A stretch of DNA of 64,000 nt, taken from the NCBI GenBank assembly GCA_965112735.1, contig OZ218952.1, positions 2,914,001 to 2,978,000 on the forward strand. The letters are read 5' to 3'. Origin of the DNA: Phaeosaccion multiseriatum (taxonomy: Eukaryota > Protista > Ochrophyta, other classes). The position numbers and the translations under genes were made by a program. The notes below the pieces were generated by a model. It had not been told where the DNA came from and ran no database searches. It was given only the letters and a program-made list of their open reading frames with translations. This document shows, in pieces, positions 36,801 through 47,403 of this stretch. Numbering within the stretch: the stretch's first letter is position 1; every line of letters begins with the position of its first letter.

Positions 36801-38203
36801 ATTTGAGCTTGGTGTCCCCCTTGCCTGGCATCAAGGCCTCGCCCTCCACGTGTAGCCCCCAGCCTCGTCAGATGCCGGCGGGACTCCAGATGCCTTCTCC
36901 GACGAGTCCGCCGATGGACCAGCAGATGGCCATTGGCAGTCATGGTCACGGGAATGGTGGTTGTAGCGGGGGTAAGGGGGGCAAGGCGTTTGCAGCGGAT
37001 AAGATGGACACGCCCAACGAGCTGCGCAACTATGCCAGCGGGCAGGGGCCGAGAGGAGGAGGAGGAGGAGGAGGAGGAGGACTGGGAGGAGAGGAGCACT
37101 TTCTTCACGGTGGTGGTGGGGGAGGAGGTGGAGGAGGAGGAGGAGGAGGAGGAGGAGGAGGAGGAGGAGGCAGCAGGGGGGGTGGCGTGCACCTGCTGGA
37201 CAGATTGAAGGAAAAGAGACTGGCCTTCGGTGGTGGTGGTGGTGGTGGTGGTGCCGGCACGATGAACGGAGGAGGACGCGGCAGCAGCAACAGCAACAGC
37301 ACCTGCACCACAGCCACGAGCAAGTGGTCCATGAGTAACCCTTTTGGGTGGGATGGAGGGCCTGCGAGTCCGGATGAAGCGCACGGGTTGGCAGCAGTGC
37401 TAAGGGAGAGGAGGAAGAGGAGCAATAGCGCAGCCAGCTCTGTGGAGGTGGAGGGTTTTGAAGCTTTCCCTCCTCCTCCTCACGGTGGGGGTGGTGGGGG
37501 TGGGAGTGGATCCGATGCCTACGCGGCGAGTCTCTTTGCAGGAGCAGGGCTTACTCTCCAGCTACAGAAGGAGCGCCGCATCCCACGATCGCAATCCCAG
37601 GGTTTGGGTGGTAGCAGCAACAGCATGAGCAGCAACAGCACCAGCAGCAGGGGGGGAGGAGGAGGGGGCCTGCGCTTGGGGTTGGGGTCGAATCAAGGGG
37701 GAGGGGGAGGGGGAGGCATGAAGCCAGAAGCTGGATCATACCGCAGATCGCTGAGTCAGAGCGACTCTCGTGAGCTGCTTGGTGCGTGGCCTGCCAGCTG
37801 TGGGGACATGCCAGCGATGATGGCGTACGATCATCAAGCGGGTGGGGGGCTGGATCCAAGCGCTGCTGCTGCGGCGGCGGCGGCGGCGGCTGCGGCGTCC
37901 TCTGCACAGGCGACGAACGCCTACCCGACTGAGGGGGGGGGGGGGATCGGGCGTGATGCTGCTCCTTCATTGGGAAGGACGGCAACGGTCACTGGAAAAC
38001 TTGGAGAGCTGTTTAGGGGCGGGGGGGGCGGGGGGGGGGGGGTAGCAGCAGCAGCAGGAGGGGGAGGAAAAGAAGGAGCAGCAGCAGCAACACCACCCCC
38101 TCCTCCCGCCGAGAAGACTAACCTGAATCTACAGGCTGTGTCTTCGGCTGCAAGCGAACTCGTTTCGGACCTCAAGAAGAGATTCTCCTCCTTCGGGAAT
38201 TGA
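33848..38203 (+). CDS. MAP kinase kinase kinase (STE11/MEKK/NPK1-like), single exon, 1451 aa
   Basis: RWKRGKVIGEGAVGKVYLG, LMAVKEI, HRDIKCKNIL, KLADFG, GTPSFMAPE, DIWSLGC; long Gly/Ser-rich flanks. Confidence 0.93.
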   Translation: MTTEKEGEGEKQGMEKGEGGRDKTGEAEVESSGEGAIAAAESQRRWSSAGTTAPDSGHRASGGILSPQRIRERGRRNRSDSDTILREAVAGGGSSVTLSPRARLHSLGLLPLPIGIGGDNEGGEGAAPQQEAVRSISPPSDSLFGAPNPSTPPPQHNGSGTIARGTSHSRSPSTFANGGRHGAQVPTLGTTKGVREGDLAVSAAAAVAAGHVSDGSDAQGLTIDGQLYHPVVQVGHEAGQRDVERDNSELEGKPVPLGPTVPLCYSCGKMMLPSAEACLDSSGTGPMSSIAPPSLESLRGANCGVGFHNQAGGSGMGSGGSWMNPPTSGQSLVSPSPLNAHHNVHGGGGGKWNARAGRVRKGRWKRGKVIGEGAVGKVYLGMNEETGALMAVKEINLHRREKELRELYTEIQVMHQLRHKHIVAYLGAELIEERNILCLFQEWAPAGSLYQLLEHFGAMSESMVAKYTSEVLDGLAYLHENHVIHRDIKCKNILVDDAGVAKLADFGCALLMEEGEMEDMVMTMTGTPSFMAPEILLRRKSGRRMDIWSLGCVVMEMATCMAPWEDTFRTPWELVNHFKTSEEPPEIPATIGKELSAFLRRCFTFDPLQRPRAVELLEDPFLLCSVDTFSTSRVFPSCSSNGLSSMISRQHMSTDSLVPPGGAGQCPLEEDYALGLGSTSVTPSASMGGGIRTSQSSGTLGGLLGPPHLSLRVRTAPIMATSPGFGQGQGQQQEEKGEDSEVPLEEMGKAEAISRLRRACSSDLLKNMDRTNCNGTPGSSRRFRRRRRSASGRIRSPSEASGGGGGGGFGNSSDDDNSLYLKGGRLNQRRTHGYGEDSGLHRRAGSIGGGGGQTYSIVGGGFGGGGGGGGGGGGGGGGGGGGPEGGATGGGIPNFPITPPAHRRVVRYHHEKGVSRSGGDRRRMRRRSTATCGVARGEDPLVVDGLAAQVLLDKDALEGAELHHNSHHLSSADLHSLGSNNLVGNLSLVSPLPGIKASPSTCSPQPRQMPAGLQMPSPTSPPMDQQMAIGSHGHGNGGCSGGKGGKAFAADKMDTPNELRNYASGQGPRGGGGGGGGGLGGEEHFLHGGGGGGGGGGGGGGGGGGGGGSRGGGVHLLDRLKEKRLAFGGGGGGGGAGTMNGGGRGSSNSNSTCTTATSKWSMSNPFGWDGGPASPDEAHGLAAVLRERRKRSNSAASSVEVEGFEAFPPPPHGGGGGGGSGSDAYAASLFAGAGLTLQLQKERRIPRSQSQGLGGSSNSMSSNSTSSRGGGGGGLRLGLGSNQGGGGGGGMKPEAGSYRRSLSQSDSRELLGAWPASCGDMPAMMAYDHQAGGGLDPSAAAAAAAAAAAASSAQATNAYPTEGGGGIGRDAAPSLGRTATVTGKLGELFRGGGGGGGGVAAAAGGGGKEGAAAATPPPPPAEKTNLNLQAVSSAASELVSDLKKRFSSFGN

Positions 38204-38400
38204 CGGACCTTAAATTCGTCATATCAATACATGTTTAGTGAGTGTTTGTGATTCATATATATCAATACATGTGCAGGAAGTGGAATCATACCGTCATACA
38301 CTCGAGAGGCTTTATTGCGCCCTGTGGGGGAAGAACAACTTTATTGACTTAATAGGAATCACCTAAGAAAGGAGCGGGGGGGGGGGGGGAAGGTTTCTCG

Positions 38401-38423
38401 GAAACTGAAACTGAAACTGAAAC
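38401..38423. promoter_or_regulatory. (GAAACT)4 candidate promoter element about 100 bp upstream of an ATG
   Basis: The same CAGTTTC/GAAACTG motif recurs in divergent promoters at 7235-7265, 13618-13631 and 53166-53184. Confidence 0.4.
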
Positions 38424-38474
38424 GTCGCCTCCTTATCCTAAGTCAACAACGCCCTCAATAAATTCAATCGCCCG

Positions 38475-38521
<47 letters not shown>

Positions 38522-38522
38522 C

Positions 38523-39314
38523 ATGGGCTTGATGGACACCCTCAGGATGGCCTTTGGGCTAGTTACGGGAAGAAAGGGTGTCGGGAGCGTGGCTGAACTT
38601 TGGGACTCGCTCGGGGGGGACGGTTTGGGGCGATGGATCTTCCATACAGCTGTGTCCTTCTTGAGCCCGTACACCGGCTCGATCAGAGGCAGAGTGCGGT
38701 CACTCACTGCCGAAGAGTGCTACATGGTCATGCAAGAGAGGAGAGCGGTGAGTGAGAGATTCGGACTTGCCAGGAAGCACTTCCTTTTATTCCGTCTTCC
38801 TTCCATCTCTTCTTCCTCCTCCTTTCTTTCTTTAATCTTATTTTCCTCCTCGCCCTTCCCTGCTGTCTCACCTCTTGTTCCGGTGTCAAATGCAGTTGCG
38901 CAATCCATTCAATAGCATTCATGCTGTCGCTCTCGTGAACCTTGCGGAAGCGGCCTCAGGTAAGCATCCTCTCCCTGACTGGCTTTCCCTGACTCTGCCC
39001 TAACTCTTGGCTAATATCTCCACCATCCGCACGCAGGACTCGCCGCGATGTACAAGCTTGGGAACACGTACAGAGTCATTCTTACGGACATAGACAGCCA
39101 CTTTGAGAGCAAAGCCCGAGGCCTGATCCACGCCAAAGCCACAGTGCCTGAGATTGAGCGAGAAGACGAGAGTCTTTTCGTGCGCATCCCCGTGGTGCTG
39201 ACGGACGACAAGGGCATGGACGTGGCTAGGATGGTGTGCAAGTGGCGGGTCTCGCCAAAGCCATCACCAAAGCTGGCCAGCAGCAGTAGTGACGAGTCGT
39301 CCAAAACCAAGTAA
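38523..39314 (+). CDS. Hotdog-fold thioesterase (DUF4442/PaaI-like)
   Basis: Exons 38523-38747, 38896-38959, 39037-39314. PYTGSI, RNPFNSIHAVALVNLAEAASG, FESKARG, VVLTD...VAR...W. Confidence 0.85.
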
Positions 39315-39569
39315 ATAGGCGGGCGGAAGGGGGAAGGGGGGCAGGTGCACCTGGGACGGTCAGAGAGAGCAGTAGCGCCGATAGACTAAGGGCGGGCGAT
39401 GTTGTGTGACGGCTCCCCTAGACAGAGAGGAGCCCCAGGGAAGACAGACAGGAGGAGCGCAGCGGCAGACCGAAGGTGCAGGGGGAGGAGGGCGCCGACA
39501 ACCCCTACGCTGAGCCGTATGCCATGTAAGTACAGTACTACTTCGAAGTATGTGAGAGAGGAGGACAGA

Positions 39570-39832
39570 GAAAGGAGGGGGTCTCAATGAGCGTGGGAGG
39601 AGGGGTCTCAGTGAGAGACGGAGAGGAGAGGGGAGTCAGTGAGGGACGGAGAGGAGGGGTCTCAGAGAGGGAGGACGGGGTCTCAGTGAGAGAGGGAGAG
39701 GAGGGGTCCACGTGAGAGAGGGAGGGGGTCTCATTGGGAGGAGGGGGATCAGTGAGAGAGGGAGAGGAGGGGTCCAAGTGAGAGAGGGAGGGGGTCTCAT
39801 TGGAGAGGAGGGGGATCAGTGAGAGAGGGGAG
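39570..39832. repeat. Imperfect GA-rich minisatellite (core GAGGGGGTCTCAGTGAGAGAGGGA)
   Basis: About ten variant units visible between convergent genes. Confidence 0.8.
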
Positions 39833-40544
39833 ACCTCCTGTACTGGCTACGTTCAGCCTCGCAGCTCCTGATAGAACGTAAAAGCTCCTGAATTGTTTTA
39901 ATTTAATTAATTAAATAAACAACCGCGCAGCAATTGTATCTGTACGTGCGTTTGTATGGCGCAGTTCCTTTGTGGTGTAATCTGAGCGGTGAGTGAGCGC
40001 CTGACTGAGCGCTTGCTTCTTCTGCCCGTAGCTGAACGCCCAAACAAAAAGCCGAAGCCCGAAGACTCCTACAAGGTTAAGGCTTCCCCTCTTCAAACCA
40101 CAACCCACTGTGTGTGTCGCCAAGGACTGCTGGGTACTCTTTTCTTTCAAGATCATAGGGTGTGTCGAAAAGGACTGTGCTGCCTCTACGTCCTCTGTAA
40201 TCCACACTGCGCGTCGATAAGGACAGTGCTGGCTGTGCCATAATCTTCTATGCACAATCACCCCCTACGGGAAGAGCTCCTGAGGTCTCTGTCAAAGCCC
40301 TGAAGACCCAACCGCCAAAGGCTTCCTCCAAATCACAAATCACAGGGAGTGTCGAAAAGGAGAGAAATGGACAGTGTTGAGCACAGTGCCCTGGCTCTAC
40401 CACACTCTTCCTCGTGTGTCAGCACTTGGCTTCTACCAACTCACACACCTTCCGGAAGAGCTGCCAAAGGCATCCACGTCGAAGCCCGAAGACCCAACAC
40501 GCAAAGGCTTCCGTACTCCTTCAAATCTTCAAAGCACAGACCAA

Positions 40545-42472
40545 TCACACTACTTTGCGGAAGAGCTGCCAGAGGTCTCCATCCACAAAGTCGTTATCGA
40601 TGATGGCCACCAGGAAGAAGGTGTCGTGAATCTCGTGAAGCACCGCCGAGGACTTGCTCTCCTCGTCATAGAGATTGGCCCACAGCCGCCGCCACAAGTC
40701 GAAGGCCTCCGTCTTCCACACCTGGGAAAGGATCGATGAAAGGGGCCGAGTTGCAGGGTGGGCGAAGGGGGGAGGGGAGAGGCGGGGAGAGGGATGGGCG
40801 GGGGGGGGGGGGGAGGAGGATGAGAGGTGGAGGCGGAGGAGCAGGAGGAGGAGTAGGAGTAGGAGGAGGAGGAGGAGGGGGGGGGGTGAGGAGGAGCAAG
40901 AGGAGGAGGATGAGGAGGTGGAGGAGGTGGAGGGGGAGGAGGAGAAAGAGGAAGAGGAGGAGGAGCAGCAGCAGCACCAGGAGGAGGAGGAGGAGGAGGA
41001 GGAGGAGGAGGAGGAGGAGGAGGAGGAGGAGGAGGAGGACGGGGAGGAGTAGCAGCAGCACCAGGAGGAGGAGGAGGAGGAGGAGGAGGAGGAGGAGGAG
41101 GAGGAGGAGGAGGAGGAGGAGGAGGAGGAGGAGAGACTTGAAGGAAAGGAAAAGTGCGCAACTTCGAGGAGTGGGGGGGGGAAGAGGAGAATGAGGGGCT
41201 GCCACAGCAAACCATACATACTCAGTGTTGTTACCAAAGACTCGCCGTCGAGGCCTAGAAACTGAAACTGAAAGTGAACGTCCACACACTCACTCACTCA
41301 CTCACTCACTCACTCACCGCGAAGGTGTCTGCATCGAATATGGTGGGCTGTTGCACCTCCTTCTCCGGGAACACTCCCCAGGTCAAGGCACACGTGCCTG
41401 AGGCCCCTTTGCTCTTGATGGTGCCCGAGGCATCGATGGCAAAGTAGGCAAGGGAGGAGGACGAGGAAGAAGAAGAGCCGTCCATGTCTGTGTTCATGGA
41501 GTCGATGAGCTCCTGCAGCTTCTGCTCTCTCGTCAGTGGTCGGTTGGTTGGTTGGTTGGTTGGTTGGTTGGTTGGTTGGTTTGTCGGGTGTTGTTTGGTG
41601 GAGTGATCAAGGGCAATCCCAAGGGAGGGACGGAGCGGCGGGACAGCACAGAGCAGAGCAGGAAGATGATGAGAAAGAGGGAGGTCGCAAGTAAGCAGCA
41701 GCAATCAAGAGTAATCAAGAGCTGACCTCCACTACCCTCCCCTTTCTGCCCATACACCTCCCCCTCCCCCCTCTCATCCCCTCCCCTTACCTGTGGCGAA
41801 CAGAAGAACTCGAGATAGGCCTTTTGATACACCCTCCCGCCCGCCCCGCCCCACCCGAAGGAAGGGTCATCGCTGCGAGCCCCGTTGACCTTGGGCTGGC
41901 TGTTGATGGTGAGGTATCCTCTCCGATTGATGTCCGCAAGCTCATCCCTCATCACTGATGATGGGACCGATCGGGGGCCGCGTGTGTTCGTGTTGCGACA
42001 AGCGAAGAAGAAGAAGAAGCGCAAGAGCAAGAACAAGAGACACAGAGAGGGGGGGGGGGGGTACGTGAGACAAGGAGAGGATACTTCTAACGGCAGGAGG
42101 AGAGATGGGTCAAGGATGGTGATGTTATACCACTCTACGTACCCATTGTTTCTGATAGAAGCTGATTTTCGCACCATGGCAGCATAGGAATTCTCCCTTC
42201 CACGTACTTGGCAAAAACCTGCGTGTTGGTGTGTGCGGTTGTTGTGTTGTTGTGTTGTTGTGTTGTTGTGTGTTGTGTTGTCGTGTTGGTGTTGTGTGGT
42301 TGTTGTGTTGTTGTCGTGTTGGTGTGTGTGGTTGTTGTGTTGGGGGTGGACGGAAGGGAAGGGGACGGGCACGCACGAGAGGGTGCGATGCGGTGAGTAA
42401 GCAAATCAACCACATACAAAAACACGCAACCCGACATTGATCGGGAGAGAGATGAGACAGAGAGAGAAGAGA

Positions 42473-42519
<47 letters not shown>

Positions 42520-43830
42520 AGAGAAGAGAGAGGGTATGTAGCGATGGGCTGACGAGACGCTCGCAGCAGTACGCTACGCTGACGGTGAGAGGAAAGCGGT
42601 GGAGAGGGGGGGTGGTGGACTTAGAGACTTACATGCATGTATGCACGTCAACAGCCACATATAGTGAATCACCACCATACCGAGGGCTCGTGCGACCGGC
42701 TGCGGCGTGACAAGGCCCCCACCGCAAATCACAACCAATGACAAGGCGAATCCATCACACACAAACCGCAAGAATAAAAACGACACCACAGAATGGATGG
42801 AGAGAGAGGATGAACACGGAGAGGGGGGGCAGGATGAAGGGACGAAGGTGGGAGGAGGAAGGAAGGAAGGAAGGAAGGAAGGAAGGAAGGAAGGAAGGAA
42901 GGAAGGAAGGAAGGAAGGAAGGAAGGAAGGAAGGAAGGAAGGAAGGAAGGAAGGAAGGAAGGAAGGAAGGAAGGAAGGAAGGAAGGAAGGAAGGAAGAAG
43001 GGCAACGGGAGAGGGTCGGTCTTGTCGCTCTCTATAGTCTCTGTCTATGTGGACAGGAGAGGTGAGTGAGGCCGCAGAGGAAGTATGCGCGTACGGTGGT
43101 GTGATGGGTACCGTACCTCGTAAATCTCTTGCGCGTCTTGTGGGGCCTCCCCCCACATCGCCTGCAACACGCACACAAGGAGGAGGAGGAGGAGGAGACA
43201 CGCACACACATACGTACACACGCACACGAGAAGAAGGAAGAGGAGGAGGAGCACAGCCAGGGGAGAAGCACGAAGCGAAAGTCGGGTATGGGCATTGTGA
43301 GACACAAACCCCCCCCCCAAGGTCCCCATTAAGATTAGACACCCCAAACAACCGAGGCCCAACCAACCATCCACTTTGTGTCATTCTTTTGACGCCAGCC
43401 GCCCTTGGTTGTTTCCCGTTTGTCTTGTGCCCCTACACCCCTCCAACCCAAAGAACGCGTGTCTCCTCTCCCCTCCCTCCCGTGGCTCACCTTCCGATCG
43501 GCCTTGGTCCCGCCAGAGAAGCGGTAGAAGTGGCTGTCGCTTAGCTCTCCAAAAGCTGGTGACCTGATGGGAGCCGCCAGCCACACACACAGGAAGGAAG
43601 GGAAGCGTTTTGTGAGAAGAAGAGGAAAACGAGCAAAGAAGTAAGGAGCGAGGAAGGAGCGAAGAGAGCCCCATAGAGAGAGAGAGAGAGCCCAAGTTGA
43701 TAGCGCAACACCCCCCACTGTATCCTTCCTGTGTCGAACGTGCGTGTGAAGGACGTCTACACTGCTGGGAGTGAGGCAAGTCTCACGAGCAGAGGAAAAG
43801 ACAGTGCCCGTGAGCTTGTTGCTGATGCTC

Positions 43831-43877
<47 letters not shown>

Positions 43878-46800
43878 GTTACTACTGTTACTGCCACTCT
43901 CTGCCTCACCTTCCATCCCCCCACCGACCGTTCGGGAACTCGTCCCAAATCTCTGTCCTCGAGATGTAGCTGTGCGGCCGATTGGCCCAGTGAATAGGCC
44001 TGACGTCCTCCTTCTCTCGACTCGCCAGCGCTGACGCCCTCCACGGATAGAGCCTCCGACTCGCTGCACACTCCGTGTAGCACGGGAACGTCTCCCCGTT
44101 TACCTGCAGCACAGCACAGCATAAGCAGTTGGTGATACAGCACACCGAGGGGCGCATTTCGCACGTACAGCACATGGAGAGGGAGAGAGAGAGATGAGCA
44201 TAGGAAGGCCATCAGCCATCATAGCATCAGCGCATCGAGAGGGAAGAGGGAAGTAAAAATATTGGTGACAAAGATGGACAGTCCGTCGTGTCTTCAGAGG
44301 TGCATAGCACAGCGCACCCAGAGGGGAGCGAGTGAGTAAGTCAGTGGGTGAGTGGGTGGGTGAGTGAGTAAGTGAGTGAGTGAGGAAGTGAGTGGGTGAG
44401 TGAGTGAGTGGGTGGGTGAGTGAGTGAGCGGGTGGGTGCGTAAGTGAGTGGGTGGGTGAGTGAGTGGGTGAGTGAGTGAGTGAGTAGGTGAGTAAGTTAG
44501 TGAGTGAGTAAGTGAGTGAGTAAGTGAGTGAGTGAGGAAGTGAATGAGTGAGTAAGCGAGCGAGCGAGTGGAGTGAGTGAATGAGTGAGTAAGCGAATGA
44601 GCGAGTGGAGTGAGTGAGACGGTGAGAGGCAGGGCGGAGGGGACTCTCTCACCTCTCCGCCCTCTAAGATGAGCCTGACGGAACGCTCAAGATTGAGGGT
44701 GTAAAAGTGCAGACCTGGCGCTCCGGCTGCTACGAGTGTCTTGCACATGTTCATCGCCTGGCCAGGACGAGAAAGAGGGTTGATCGGCAGCAGTAGAGGG
44801 GTTAGCTGATAGCAGTGCAGACGATGAAAGTAGCGAGAAAAGCGTGGGAATGAAGAAGGGAAGGCCCTGTTAAGTGAGGGCGTGAAGGCAAGGAAGAAGA
44901 GCCGTACGCACGCGAACATACGGCAACATGCCCAATATACACACACGCAACATGCCCACAAATAACTACACACGTACCAGCTCCACCCCAAACTGCTTGA
45001 CGGCCTCGTCGTCGTGCTTGACAGGCTCCAGCGCCTCCATCACCTCGGGGGGCACTCTCGTTTTGGCAAAGGACGTCATCCTCACTAAGGCCGTGTGGTT
45101 CTGAATGGGCATAATGCCCGGGATGATGGGGCACTTGATGCCCACTTCGAGGCACGCCTTGACGTAGTCTGTATAGGCGCTCGTGTCGTAGAAGAACTGT
45201 TGGGAGGGGGTGGGGGTGGGGGTAGGGTATCGTGGCACAGCTTAGGCTCAATCTAAACGGTAGTGAGAGCGAAGAAGGACAGTGCTGGCTCTGCCACTCT
45301 TGCTTCTCTACTCCCACCCCCACCCACCCCCCCCCCAAGAAATTCCACACCACTGTCTGCTTCAGAGCTTCAGCTGTCACCTGTGTGATGATAAAGTCCG
45401 CCCCTGCGTCGACCTGATGGCGAAGAAGCACACATGACGAATGGATGGGTACAGTGACGAATGGATGGGTACAGTGACGAATGGATGGGTATAGTGAGAG
45501 TTCAGTGACGAATGGGAGGGGCAGGTGAAGCCTTGTGCGCCTTGGTGGTGTACACAGCGTAGGGGAATGAATGGAAGGAGGTAGGCAGCACCAACATCAT
45601 CATCATCGTCCGTCCGTGAGTCCTTCACAAAGGCATTATGACCTCCTTCCCCAAGAGCCCGACACGTGAATAAATACTCGTGCGTTTCGTCTTCTTCCGC
45701 TCCCTCCCTCCCTCCCTCCCGGTCATTCATCCATTCATTCCTGCCCTCCGCCTTGCGTCTTGTACCTGCTGTTCGCTCACTCACTCACCACTCACTCTCC
45801 TCACTACTCACTCACTCACTCACCACTCACTCACCCACTCACTCACTCTCATTCCACTCACTCACTCACTCACTCCCTCCCTCCCTCCCTCACCTTTTCC
45901 TTGAGATACTTGAGCTCTTCTTCTCTGCTTGTCCTGTCGGCGTGTCCCTCAGGGTGCCCGGCCACTGCGATACCAAAGTAATCGCCGTGCTCCTCCCTAG
46001 CCAGGCGCACGAGGTCAGCGGCATAGCTTTGGGTAGGTGCATAGAGAGAGAGGGGGGGGGGAGGAAAGAGAGAGATGGAGAGAGAGAGGGGGGGGGAGGT
46101 GGAAAGAGAGGGAGAGGGAGGGAGAGAGAGGGAGAGGGAGGGAGAGATACACGTGAGAGAGTTACACATCGACGCAGATAGTTTCAAACAGCGCAGCACA
46201 GAGCGTTGGAGAGGAGAAGAGAGATGAGGAGAGCGTGTGACGGGTTCCTTGGCAGTTTAGCGCCCCAGCACTAAGTAGGCTGCTTACATCGGCCTCGATT
46301 TCGGCCGTCTCTCCCTCCCAAGTTCCCTCCCACATTCTCTCTCTCCTTCCCTCCCTCCCTTCCTCACCTGACCCCCCCCTTCGCTGGTTCCCACGACGCG
46401 TCGCCCTTGGCGGGGTCGCCTCGAAGAGCCAGGATATTCTGAACCCCTGCCTCCCGCGCCTGAGATGAAGCAGGCATCATTGGAGAGCATCATGGGCGAG
46501 AAGTAAGGAGTGAAAGGGAGGCTCAAGCATCACTATCCGAGAGGGGAGAGAGGGGGGATGGGGTGGGGTGGGACCGTAGGCATGCTTGGCCAGAAGGGGA
46601 GGGGCGCTGGTACTATTGCTTGTTTGACTTGCCTGTCTGAGCGCCGTCTTGAGCTCGTCTATGGTGAGGTCCGTGCAGGTGAGATGCATGAGCACCTCCA
46701 CTCCGAGGTACTTCTGGGCCTTGGCACTAATCGCTTGGGTCAGGTCGGCAGTGCTGCCGCCTGCGCCCCAGGTCACGTCCACAAACAAAGGCTCCAGAGA

Positions 46801-47139
46801 GGCCATTCGCTCCATCCGCAAGTGCCTAGCCAGCACGGGCATGGAGGCAATGGAGAAAGAAGCAAAGCGAAGGAGAGAAGGGTAACTTAGCCGATGACCA
46901 CAAATATTGATAGGCAGAGACGAGGGGGGGTGTGGGAGAGCGCAGGGATGTGAAATGTGAGGCAATTCCGTCGCTCCCAGCAACGACAGAGTCCACGAGG
47001 ACGTCACAGAGCTTGCACAGGGGCAAGGAGCGACTCACAAGTTTTCTACGCCCGACTCTGTCTTCGGAGGGAAGAACTCGAAGGAGTAGAAGGTGTGCTT
47101 GTCCTTCATAGCCTCTTTCATCTTGTCAATGATCTTCAT
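40545..47139 (-). CDS. MTHFR: Methylenetetrahydrofolate reductase (catalytic + regulatory domains), 14 exons
   Basis: Exons 47139-47039, 46825-46633, 46459-46368, 46026-45894, 45413-45381, 45196-44978, 44757-44653, 44103-43910, 43563-43491, 43161-43117, 42218-42143, 41954-41791, 41521-41318, 40721-40545. Motifs [95 protein letters not shown]. Confidence 0.97.
42855..42997. repeat. (GGAA)n microsatellite in an MTHFR intron
   Basis: Direct reading. Confidence 0.95.
44330..44617. repeat. Degenerate (GAGT/GGGT)n microsatellite in an MTHFR intron
   Basis: Direct reading. Confidence 0.9.
45437..45496. repeat. 20-bp tandem repeat GACGAATGGATGGGTACAGT x3 near the acceptor of a 33-nt MTHFR microexon
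   Basis: Direct reading (third copy has one mismatch). Confidence 0.85.
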
Positions 47140-47403
47140 CGCTCTCTGCTGCGCTGTCGGCAGAGACGATTGCTGTCTGCTACGCTCTTCGCAGAAAGGG
47201 CCAGGAAGAGCGTCTTCCCTCTACTACAACGTCCTTTGGCCGAGAGAGAGGAGCTACGCAATCGGAGCGAGCCCAAATTAGAGAGCGCGCAAAGTATCCA
47301 AAGTGAGCGCCCCTTGCCGGCCCATACTCCCCCAAACGCGGATAAAAGTAACGCTGGGAGGAGAGAACACCTCAGCAATACACAATATATACAATACAGG
47401 AAG

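Noticed and set aside
45500-45600. Possible riboswitch in an MTHFR intron (GCGTAGGGGA)
   Set aside because: Lacks the other TPP/SAM aptamer motifs and lies on the non-transcribed strand.
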